From: Calcarisporiella thermophila CBS 279.70
Taxonomy: Eukaryota; Fungi; Calcarisporiellomycota
Direction: 5' to 3'
Length of the DNA: 64,000 nucleotides
Assembly: GCF_041956535.1 (NCBI RefSeq)
Contig: NW_027192204.1
Location: 272,523 to 336,522, forward strand
In this document: positions 50,552-61,850 of the stretch, one piece after another
How positions within the stretch are numbered: position 1 is the first letter of the stretch
Layout of the letters: every line of letters begins with the position of its first letter
Position numbers and translations under genes: made by a program
Notes under the pieces: model-generated
Told to the model about the DNA's origin: nothing
Database searches by the model: none
The model's input: the letters and a program-made list of their open reading frames with translations, nothing else

Positions 50552-53235
50552 ATGTTAAAACTGATCGCCTCCCTCGGCAAGAAAGAAAAGGAAAGGCGAT
50601 TCTTTGAGCAGCCCCAGCAGACGCAACAGCAAGCGAGTGTGCATCGGTCAGCGTCTTCTGCGTCGAAACCAGAATCGACTGCCCCCTCTTTACGCAGCGC
50701 TTCTACACAGGAAAACGTTCAGTCCGTAGGACAAGGTCTTTTTCTTTCTGGAGGCAACCGTTATTACACTCTGAATTAACTCAACCCTCTCTTTGCTACC
50801 TTTTTTATTATTAATCTGTTCTGTGCCCAATCATAGTAACAACAAACCCTGCATCTGTACCCTATCCACAATTCAATCCATCACCAGCGCAGTTACATAC
50901 AATTCAACCGGAGAACATTCCACCATCAGCAGAGCAGAACCAACCACCACAGCAACCACAGCAAGCACCACAACCACAAAATCAAACGGCAACAGAGAAC
51001 AATAATATGGCAAATATTGGGCATGAATTTATGGATGGCGGCATGCATGGACTTGGCATGGGAAGAACCCCGCTTCTTCCGTCTATACCTCCCATGGGAC
51101 CGATGGGCCAGGTGCCTGGGGGAATGATGGGACCAAGTGGAGCGGGCGTGCCGGGAATGGGCATGCTAGGTCATTCTGGAGGCATCCCCCCTATGGGTGG
51201 CCCGGGTAGCATGATGGACCAGCCAGGAGTCGGGATGATGAGCGAAGCACATGGAGGAGTTGGTTCAATGGCTGGGATGGGGCAAGCCGGCCTGGGCCCT
51301 CTGGGAATGGGCCCCTCTCCTGGCATGCCACCCATGAATAACCTCGGGGGAATGGGAGTGATGGATGCTGGAGGCGGCCTCGGGTCGATGGGAGGCGCTG
51401 CGAGGATGTTTCCCATGGCACAAGGTGGAATGACGTCGATGGGAGACTCGGGTGGGATTCCTCCGATGGGCCAGGGGATCCCAGGGCCGAGCCAAGGGGG
51501 GATGTTCCCGCTAGGGGGTGCGAGGGGATTCCCGGGCATGGGCCAGAGCGGGATGGGCGCAATGAATCCAGGAGGAGGCATGCTAGGACAAGCCTCGGCG
51601 ATACCCCCAATGCACATGATGGGATATGGTCCATTGCCTGCGAACGAGCTCTTTGATCAGATGGGCTCCCCTTCCACACCGCGCGCTGGCTCTATGCCTC
51701 CTCCCCCTCCCCACCCTATGACACCCAAAATGATGCCGGCTGGGATGGGAGGACAGTTCCCACACCCTCCGCCTCACCTTCCACCGCTGCACCCAGTGCG
51801 ACCCCCTCTCTCCCGCACCAACAGCACTTCTAGTGCGCGAACCATGCCCGATCACCCAGGAGCACCCTTTGATCCCTTTATGAGAATGGAGGGGTCCCCG
51901 GGATTCGAGCCTCCGGATGGCATGTTCATGGGCGGGGGCTCTCCGCTGTTTAATGAACACATGAAACCGCATACCGTGCCCATGATGCCAATGCACCGCC
52001 GGCGGCCTCATCGCCTGCAGCGTAGTATGTCTCACCATGAGATTCCCCCGCCGCCACCGCACCTGTTTATGCCTCCACCACACCATGGTCCTTTCATGCC
52101 CGGTGGCGTCAGCGGCGGCGACGGCGAATTGGAAAATGCAGGAAAGGATATGCCTGCTACCTCGTCCCCTTTCTTCCCCCCTGGGTTTATGCCCCCTCCG
52201 CCCCCGATGCCTTTCCCACATCCATTCATGTATGGACCCCATCCCCCCTATTCGGGGATGCCGCGCCCGGAGCCGGATGAGAGCGAGGGGGGACGAGGAA
52301 AAGCCTCTTCGTTGCAGCGCGAGGGTTCGAGGAAAAGTTCAAGGATCGTGGACGATAAATCCGACCGAGGTAATTGGCCGGCAGGGCCTTTTCACGCTGA
52401 AATAAGTGACCCGGACATTGATTTTTCTATTTTTTTATATATTTTGCCCATCAATTCTGAATCTTATGGTGATGCAGCCACTGGAGACAAACGCTCTTCC
52501 ATGCCTCCCCTTCGCCCACGTGCCAGCTCCATGAGATACTCTACTGGCGGCCCGTCTCCCTCCTCGGCACCCATTACCTCCCAGCCAGCCTACTTCTCCC
52601 CTAGTCCCAACACGGGGCCCGACGCGGCCGGGGATGAGGTGCGCTCCGACGACGAGATCGAGGTGTTGCGGAAGCAGCTCAGCGATTTGCAGGTGGAGCG
52701 AGATGAGTTCTATAAACAAGAATCAGAACACCGCAAGCGGGAGCAGAAGATACTACAGAAGTTGGCGCGCGGGCAAGAGGAACTGCAGCGTGTGCTTTCC
52801 AAGCGGGGGCTACACTCGACAAGCGCCGGACGAGACCGAAGGGAAGACTACTACCCGCCCATACGAAGATCCCGATCCTTCCACCGCTACTACAACCCCC
52901 CGTCCCTCCGCGACTACTACCGGGATGAGTTGGACGACGACGAGGAGTTTTACCCGGGCGATTACTACTATGACAGGGACGTGTATGCGATGCCTTCCCC
53001 GTCCCAGCGGCAACGCTACGCGCGGGCCAGCAGGCAAGAGTCGAACGCGAGCTCGTCCGAGGCAGAGGAGAAGGAGCCCACTCCCAAAAATGGTGAAGAG
53101 GCGCTGAAAAGAGAGGGTGAGATGGCCGCTCGAAAGCAGAAGGAAGCCGACCCGGTGCAGCAAGACACTTCGGCCGCCGATGCAGCCAAAGATTATAGCA
53201 GGCAGCGGCATCGTCGTCGACAGAGTTGGTACTAA
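50552..53235 (+). CDS. Hypothetical low-complexity protein (Gln-rich, Met/Gly/Pro-rich, short coiled coil)
   Basis: 742-aa ORF with biased composition, joined through an intron (about 50735-50836) to an upstream exon MLKLIASLGKKEKERRFF; coiled coil EIEVLRKQLSDLQVERDEF. Confidence 0.75.
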
Positions 53236-54011
53236 GCCTCAGCCTACGATCATCTGATTATGTAGGATCGGCTTTTTTTTATTGTTTTCAATTGATTTCT
53301 TACTAATTCTCGGGGCAGAGGGAGATATATTTATTTCTATTTTTGGTGTTCTGGTTTTGTTTTTGTTTTTTAAAGTGCAATTTACCCCTATTTCTAGGCA
53401 TGGTGATCCTGCGAATGGACCCATTTATTATTTTTTACCATTCCCCTCCTGTTATGCGCTATTTCTATTCCCCAGGCTATATCTCTATTTCTATGTCTAT
53501 CTATATTTATATCCTTATAATAATCGACGAGTGTGTGTTTCCTTGCGTTTCCACTTTCATGCCTAGTCTTAGAATATATATACACTACCTTTGATACAGT
53601 ATTCTACTTTTTGGGGGGAATGCCTAGTGTCTGTCTCTCCATACTTTACATAATATGTAGCGCGAGCTTGAGCTCGGTTTCAACCTTTAACTCTATTGTT
53701 TACTTCAATACAATTTCATCTCTTTTTGGAGAAAAACTTCGTGTTTTCTGCTTTTATCATGAATAAACAAAATAGCACAATTGCATATCCAGATAGACCC
53801 AAGTAGAAAGGAGGCAGGAAAAAAAATACAGTATAAAATCATGGATGTGGAAAGCGGGGGAGAAGAAGAGAGAGCCTGTGGAAAAGCATTTGACAAGGAA
53901 GAGGCGTAGAACAGCCATAGAGGTCGAGGAAGAAACATGGGAGAAGGGAGAAGGAAAGGTCGCCCCATCATTCTAGAGAGAATAGAAGATTCTTAACGCA
54001 GTTTTCGTGGT

Positions 54012-56709
54012 TTAGGGTGCACTCGGGCCCATCTCGTCACTGACAATCCCGGCTAAGAGTTGTTCCACCTCTCCGACCGATTCTAGGTAGAACTCGGCCT
54101 CGGTTTGTTTGCGTCCCACCGTGCACGTTACGGCACGGGGAACATCCCGCAGCAAGGAGAACACAACCTCATCGGTCTTGCCATCGCCAACACACAGCAG
54201 GAAGTCTATCTCGTCCGCTCCCTCCGACTGCTGCTTCAAATCCCTCAGAATGGCACGGACCGCTGTGGACTTGTCAACAGAAGAGGGCCGCAGCTCTAGT
54301 GTTTTGTTTCCGTGGACGATCGCGAGGGCCATGTGCGACATCAGCTTCTCCAGATTGACCTGGAGCTCTTGGGCCTGCCAAGTTCCAAACTCCGGGTCGG
54401 TGTTGCGATAGTGCCAGGTGAGGTTGATCTCTTTCTCCTCGATGAAAGAGCCGGGGGTGCGCTCGGTATAATGCTGGAAGAGCGGGCGGATTGTCTCTTT
54501 CCACTATTGAATCCACAATGACAAACGAAAAAAAAAGCACGCTGTGGTCAGTGAGCCGTTCACTTGTTAACTATATTGCGTACTTACCGTTGGGTCAACC
54601 TGCTCCACAAGCCGGTACCATCCTTGGCCTTCTTCCTTCACCACCTTTCCTTCGGCCACGACCGCCATGGGGTCAATTTGCCCACGCAGAGAGACCGGGT
54701 GCTTATAGAAACATCCGTGCTCAGCCGAGAGTCCCACGCCTGTTTCTTGGAACCATGCATCCAAGTGGTGACGGCCGCGGCCAGACAAGATGTAAACGTA
54801 ATATCCAGGCATGGAGGCCAGCTTCGTCAGCGTGGAGATGATCACACGCGATGGCTTCGCTAGCTCTGGCAGGCGCTGTGGCGTGGTTAGAGTTCCGTCG
54901 TAGTCGAGCAGAATGACGCGCTTCTTTGCCTTGTGAGCCGAGGCAATTACCTCCGCGGTGTTGAGACGAGGAAGATTGGCCACTCGGCTGAGCTCCTCCG
55001 TTACATGGCGCAACTCCTTGATGAAACTGATGCCCCAGTAGGCTGCGGTGTATTTGGTGACATAGCGGTAGAGTTTCTCGTGATTTGCCTTTCGCTCTGG
55101 TTCGGGCATGGTAACCGCCTGGTAGATAGCTTCAGCAAGCTCTTCCGTGTTCCAAGGATTAACGATGATCGAGCCTAGAGTGCAGAAGATTACAAGAGAC
55201 CGAAATATAAAGAGAAAAAAATTAGATTTCTGGTCCCACCCCCCACCTCCCCCCAAAAAAATACAAATACAAGTCCATTCTTACCGTTCAGAGACTGAGC
55301 AGCACCGGCAAATTCGGACAAGATCAAAACACCATGCTTAACTTGCTGAGACGCGATGTACTCATATGAGACGAGGTTCATGCCATCCCGGGTGGAGGAG
55401 ACGAGGCAGGCATCAGAGATGGCATACAACGCGCACAACTCGTCGAAAGGCATGGACTTGTGCATGAAATGAATGGGGGCAAACTCCACTGTTCCAAATC
55501 TGCCGTTGATTCGGCCAACAAGCTCATTGACTACGGCGCGCAGATTTTGATACTCCTCCACGTCCTGTCGGCTGGGCACTGCGAGTTGCACAAGTACCAC
55601 TTTGCCAACCCACTCGGGGTGTTTGCTCAGAAAGACCTCCATCGCATGCAGCTTTTGGGGCACGCCCTTGATATAGTCAAGCCGGTCGACACCGACGATA
55701 ATCTTCACGTCGGTGAATTTCTCTTGTAATGCGCGGATACGGGCCTGCACCTTATCCGTCGCGATCATGTCTGTGAATTTTTGCGGGTCAATTCCGATAG
55801 GGAACGTGCCCACATACACCTGGCGCCCATCATATTCGACGCCATTGGGCATGGTTGCGAGCCCAAGGATACGCGTGCACGAGGAGAGGAAATGGCGTGC
55901 ATAGTCGTATGTGTGGAAACCGATCAGATCACAGGAGAGGACGCCTTCCAAGATTTCACGCCTCACGGGTAGAATCCGATAGATCTCACTCGACGGGAAG
56001 GGAGTATGCAGGAAGAATCCGATCTTCACCTTTGGCTTGTCTGCCAGACGTTCCCTCAGCAGGCGTGGAAGGAGCATGAGGTGATAGTCCTGCACCCATA
56101 CGAGATCACCGTCCTGCACACTCTCACAGATTGTGTCTGCGAACGCCTCATTCACGGTCTGATATGCTTCCCAATAGGATTCATCGAATTGAATTTCACC
56201 GGGGTGGTAATGGAAGAGCGGCCAAAGAATGCTGTTCGAAAAGCCGTTGTAGTGTGCGTCTGCTAGTTCATCGTCTACAAAGACAGGAATGCACGAGTGC
56301 TCTTTGATAAGGCGGCTCTGCACTGTATCACGCTCTTCCTCCGGAACATCGATACCTAATAAAGCATGCAATTGATGAGTACAGAAATCACTTTGTGGTA
56401 TTCGGAACGGTATTGATACGGGAGGATAAGAAACAGAAATGAAAAAAAAAAAAGAAACAGATGTCATATGAAATTTGAAAAAGAAAAGTGGTAGAGCTTA
56501 CCTGGCCACCCACTCCAAATGAAATTCATTTTCTGCTTTAGTCCACTCAGTGCAGAAACCAGCCCACCCGATGACATCTTGAAGTGGTATTTTCCATCCT
56601 CATCCTTGGTGATCGTGACAGGCAAGCGATTGGAAATGACATGCAGCCTCAATTCGGGCTGGTCGCTATTCGGGCTGTGGCTGCTGGCCTCTGTGGGTTG
56701 TTGGGACAT
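54012..56709 (-). CDS. TPS1: Trehalose-6-phosphate synthase fused to HAD trehalose-phosphatase domain, multi-exon
   Basis: GT20 motifs ISNRLP, SSGGLVSAL, HYNGFSNSILWP, WVQDYHLMLLP, DRLDYIKG, VPSR, RDGMNLVSYE; HAD motifs LDYDGTL, LSGR, AEHG, VDKS, GDGKTDE. Confidence 0.93.
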
Positions 56710-57381
56710 GGTTTATAACGAGTCGGCTGAAATAGGGGGGAATAGTGAGAGAGGGAAAGAGATAGGGAAATTTATTTCGAGAGAGAAAGAGAAGAAACTA
56801 ATGGAAATGTCTGGATATCGCGAGAAAAATAGGCGGACAAAATTTTCAACTTTGGCGTTTTAACGAGCACTTTTAGGAACCGGGATTGCTGACTGGCCCT
56901 TCCACGTGCAACGTGGGATCCAGAGCTAATTATCGGCTGCGGAGGCCGGGGACGGCCCCAAAGCTAGCAGCCAGTATGAAAATATCGGCTGCAGCACCGG
57001 CCTTTATCCCCCCAACCCTTATCTTTCCGCGATAAGCTCCAGAAGCGCACTGTCTATATACAGGTGTCACCCTGATGGCTCACTAAAGCCTATTTGACTG
57101 CGGGAACAGGCATCGATTATCTCCCAGTCACCTGAACCATTGAGAAACGTGCCAGGACGAGGGCTGGGTAGAGAACAGAAGACAAGGTTCGTACTTTATT
57201 CTTGTATCAAAGGAGAAACCATGGGGATCGTAATAATAAGAAATCATCGAAAAATGCAAAAGTGGTTTCCAAATCATTGAGCTAATGTTACGGATATAAT
57301 AAATTATGCAGTTATAAATACAAGACATTGCAGTGTGGTGCATTAGTGCAATTTTCAGATCCCCCCTCCCCCGCAGCATCG

Positions 57382-59334
57382 CTATTTTCCCCTTCCTCTC
57401 CCACTTATTCTGCGCTCCATTCGCCCCCGCTCTACTTTGTTCCGCTCCTCCCCGGTCTCCTGCTCTTCCCTGCGTCGATTTGCCTCTTCTCTCCATTCTT
57501 CCAATTCATCGGTGGTGGGAAAATCTACGTTCCAATATCCTGGTGGGGATGCAGGTGGCTTGTGCTTATACCGATGCCTTGAGACTCGCTGTAAGCGCCG
57601 CTCCATCATGGTGCCGGGAGAGGGCTGCCTTTGGTTTGAGTGACTAAACGTGGGGCTGGCGTCGTTGTTATCGTCGGAATTGAGCACCGACACTCCCGCA
57701 GTGACCTCATAAAAGCGACGACAGCACCCACAATCCGTGCCACGAAGTTGTCGGCGCTTATCTTTCTTGCGTACCGTTTCGTTGTATTTGTACTGGGGCT
57801 CGTCATTCCTCTTATGAGCCTGACGAGGGGTATGTCCAACACCACGATTGGAGCTAAGCGCAAAAGCGTTGGGAGGGGAAGAGGATCAGTGCCTGCCGTA
57901 GTATACATACGCCGAAGAAAATATATTGGATTCTTACCACTTTTTCTCGCTGTGCCTGATCCGGTTCTCCCCATTATCTAGCACAAAGGCTTCGACCTCG
58001 TTTTCGTCATCCAATCGAACCAGCTCATTACAGCCCTCCTCACGATCATAGAGGATGGTTTCTTCTATACAGTCGACACTTTCTCCTTCGTTCTCTCCCT
58101 CATTAGCACTGGTTGCCCCATCTTCCTCCTCGTTTGGCCTCAAATATGCGCTATCCACAAAACGTGGAGAACTGGGTGGCAATGCCTGATAGCGTCCCTT
58201 AGGCCGTTCCGATATTGACGCCTGATCATTGCTAAATATGGATCTGCTCTCCTCTTCGTCCTCCATCCGTTTCTCCACGCCCCCTTCATCTACCTCTTCT
58301 AACTCTAAGAGCACCTCTTGCATGCTTTCTCGGCGTGTCATGCCTGCGGTGGTTTGACTTGATACTTCGTTGTATTGGTCGTCGTCATCACGAATAGTTT
58401 CATCAGCACAAGGAATTTGACTAGGTGGTTGTTTTTCCAGCTCCTCAAGCTGCTGCGAAAAGGTCACAAGCAGTTCTCTCTTCACGTCCTTGTCTTTGGT
58501 TAAATCTGAGGGCGAATGTGCGCGGGGAGTACTAGCGATGACCATAGTCGACCGCTTGAACTCTCTGCGTAAAGAGGGTGAATCTTCCCCGAGAGCAACG
58601 GCCGATGTACCCCGCCTCTTTCCGGATAATGGGCTCAAGGGTTCTGCGTTTTTCGCACGGCTTACTCGCACAGATTCTAAGCCTCGTTCACTTGACTCCA
58701 ATTTTGCGGTATCCCGCATATCACACATTCCAGCGACAAATTCTGTTGCTTGCGTGGCATCCATGGTGGCGACTCTCTCACGTCCATCCTCGTGCTCTCC
58801 TACCCTAATTTCGGTTGAAACAACTATACTATTGTTTATTATCCGCCTTTTTACCGAGTGAGTATTGGAACTTTCAGTAGGTGCGGGACTCGGCCGCTTT
58901 GTAGTTAATGGTGGAGAATAGAAATTCGGTTTTGGTTCGGGAGTAACCGCGCGCACTGCAGATCGACTATGGATAGCTTGCGCTATGCCGTGTTCGTTCT
59001 CACGATCTCCAGAAGGATGGGTTGCCCGGTGGTTGGAACCTGAAGGAGAAATAGTTATGGGGAGTACGGAGAAATTATCCATTATCGGTGGGTTCATTAT
59101 CTCCAAGGCCTCATTCTCACTATCACTATTATGCAATGTTACTATCTCGCTGCTGCGCTTTCCTTCCTTTCTAGGATGGGTTTCGCTCTCTTCTGTTTGT
59201 GGACTCACGGTAGGGCGCATCTTATTATGATGTTTCCATTCTGCCCATTGCTTGCGCCTCTTGAGATAGTGTTCTCTCAGCTTGTTGAATTTATGCTCGA
59301 GGGCCTCATAACGAGATTTCCACTGGTCTTCCAT
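57382..59334 (-). CDS. CTP1: DNA end-resection factor CtIP/Ctp1/Sae2 homolog
   Basis: N-terminal coiled coil, disordered middle. Last exon: YKYNETVRKKDKRRQLRGTDCGCCRRFY...RVSRHRYKHKPPASPPGYWNVDFP (CxxC, RHR and S/T-PP motifs of the SAE2 domain). Start uncertain. Confidence 0.88.
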
Positions 59335-60069
59335 TTCCTCAAGTGCAAAATGAAAGAGCATCGAATCACTGGTGTTTAAATATAGTCCACCATAAGAATC
59401 CCAAATGAATTAGACAGCCAGCAAGCAATCGCTTACATATTCCTGCTATCATCGTTACCATTTTGCGTGTAGGGGAAGCTGGATGTGTAGCTTTCACGCG
59501 AGTTCTCAAAAAATGAGTCACTAATTCTAATAGAAATATGGAGCATAAAACACCGATGGTGGAAATTAGGTTCCGATCATTGCATTGTCTATCTATTTAC
59601 ATGCAACCTACTCATTTCGCTTGGATCGCCCGGCACTTATCCTCTGAATAATCTGACGTGCTATCTTTCGTCGATCCTCATTTTCCAGCCAGATATTTTT
59701 CTCGAGTGTACCAAGCGCATTCTTGAGATTGTGGTTTTCAACTTTTGGATCATAAAGTAAGCGTTAAAATAATCAGTGGAATCCCGTTCTATTTCTCATT
59801 CGACATACTGACCCTTGAGAAGACGCGTTTCTTCTTGATAATGATCTATAAAATGTTGGACAGAGAGCTTAAAACTCAACACAGCTGGGTCTTCATCCAT
59901 TGTCTGTATATAGACCCTGAACGAAGTTGAAATTATCCTATGTAAGGGTTGGAGATCGGTTGCCAGGACGAAATGAACGCGTATAATTTTTATTTTAGAT
60001 GATTAATTTAATGTGACTTTAATTTTTTTTTCGTTCATTCATATCGATTGTCTATTCTTAAATAAATAG

Positions 60070-60613
60070 ATGGATTTGAATCCGCTAACCGCCTGGACGA
60101 CCCTCTCCCACGCCACCCCTACCACTCCCGCTGCATCATCGACTCCACCTACATCCTACACATTTCGCCGCGCCGATTTCTCATTCCTTCCACAATTATA
60201 TGCAATTCTCGAGAAATTTGGAAAGCAGGATGAATTACCGGAAGTTATGCGAGAGGTAGACATATATGATTTTCGGCAGATGCCTTAGTACACGATTTTT
60301 GATAACCACATTTTACGTTTACAGTTCAGCAAGTTGAACGACATGTTAATCCGTGCTCGTCGTATTATTCAGGAGCTTCCTGGCGCAGATCTCTCAAAAG
60401 AAGAACTGGAACGAGTATTGGGAAGAGAAAAAGAGGTCCTCGCCGCAAAAAGGTAAGCTTGACTAGAAGTCGACTAAATACTCTAAGCTACAAAGTCGGT
60501 TGCCTTCTTTCTATAGAGAACAATTGCAGGAATACGTGAAGCTTCCCGTTTTTGAACTCTTGAAGGAGATCGAGACGCCAGCCTCCAATCCTATGGACCA
60601 AGGTTCGAATTGA
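60070..60613 (+). CDS. MED9: Mediator subunit Med9-like, 3 exons
   Basis: FSFLPQLYAILE...RARRIIQELPGADLSKEELERVL...EQLQEY resembles the Med9/Cse2 LPG.D.S.EE motif. Confidence 0.7.
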
Positions 60614-60786
60614 ACTCACCCTTCGTGTTATAGATGCGCTCTATGTTTTTCATTTTATCTGTAATCGGATTCATTTTGTAACGCACATATCCTCTGAAGA
60701 AGATTTTACTAGTATATTGTTAACATTTGCAATAATAAAAAAAAGACAAATAATGCGGTAATAAACAAGAAAAAAGTACGCCCCGT

Positions 60787-61350
60787 TCAAGTACGCGTGA
60801 CCATTTGGATGTTATGCTTCTTCTGGAACGCTACAAACTCTTCCTCCTTTTTCTTGTATGTCTGAAGGAGCTGATTCATTACGTTTTTGATCTACAGCCA
60901 AAAGAGTTAGCCATTTTTAGAGATCCATGTCACATGCGTTATACATTACCCCTTCATGATTGGTCTTCAAGGCAGGCAATACCTCTCCCACAGTGCGCTC
61001 CACGAGCACACCCCCGATAAGGCGGAAGCATTTGCGGTCCGTTTGTAAAGGAGAGATTGTATCGATGACCAGCCTATTAACCACATTGCAGTTTAGATTT
61101 GTGCACAACTAACGAGAGCTTGCTTCAAAGGCTTACTTATGCTCATCAGACTCGGCCTCGAGTTCTCCGATCTTCTGTGCAAGATTCTGGAGCTCTTGCT
61201 TCATCAGATTGAACTACGAATTTTAACACAAAAAGGCAACATAATGAAGTTGAAAAAAATAATGATGGTAGACTTTTAAACAGATCGTAACTGTACCTGG
61301 ACTGTTACTTCTTGATCGGGGGCCTTGCCTCCTGTAGATGGTGAGGCCAT
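60787..61350 (-). CDS. GIM4: Prefoldin subunit 2 (Gim4), 4 exons
   Basis: KQELQNLAQKIGELEAESDEHK|LVIDTI..RKCFRLIGGVLVERTVGEVLPALKTN. Confidence 0.95.
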
Positions 61351-61850
61351 GGTGTGGCGATTTGTCGAGTATTATTATTTATTTGGATGTCATAACACGA
61401 TAGGCGCGTATTTTTGATTTCGATAGAGGGTGCTGCGCCGCCAGGTAAAGCGGTCGAATAGTTAAGAAATAGAATGAATTTAGAATTGTGCACGTCTCAA
61501 TCGTGCGTAGAGGATAGAAAAATAAGAGAGCAACAGCGGTAGAGAAAGGGCGAATAAATGAAAACAAAAGGTGAGGGAGAAAAAGAGAAAAGGTGAGAGA
61601 GGGAAGTGGAAAGAACTGAATAAACACTATAGATGATTAGAGAGAATTGATAGGGTAATAAAAAAATATAAAAATTATACACTTGATATTTTACCTCTCT
61701 CTCACACAAAATTGATCTATCTATTCCTCCTCAACAATGGAAAGCTTGGAAAAGAAAAATTACACCCGAGGAGAAATCCATGTGGAATACAAAGAAAAAA
61801 AAACCAATAGAACAAAAGGTATATGGCTAGACCAGGGCGGGCCATTTTTT

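Noticed and set aside
41775-58861. Numerous antisense and overlapping ORFs (e.g. 41921-42667, 51583-52242, 57640-57981)
   Set aside because: They shadow real genes in GC-rich sequence, where stops are rare, and show no recognisable motifs.
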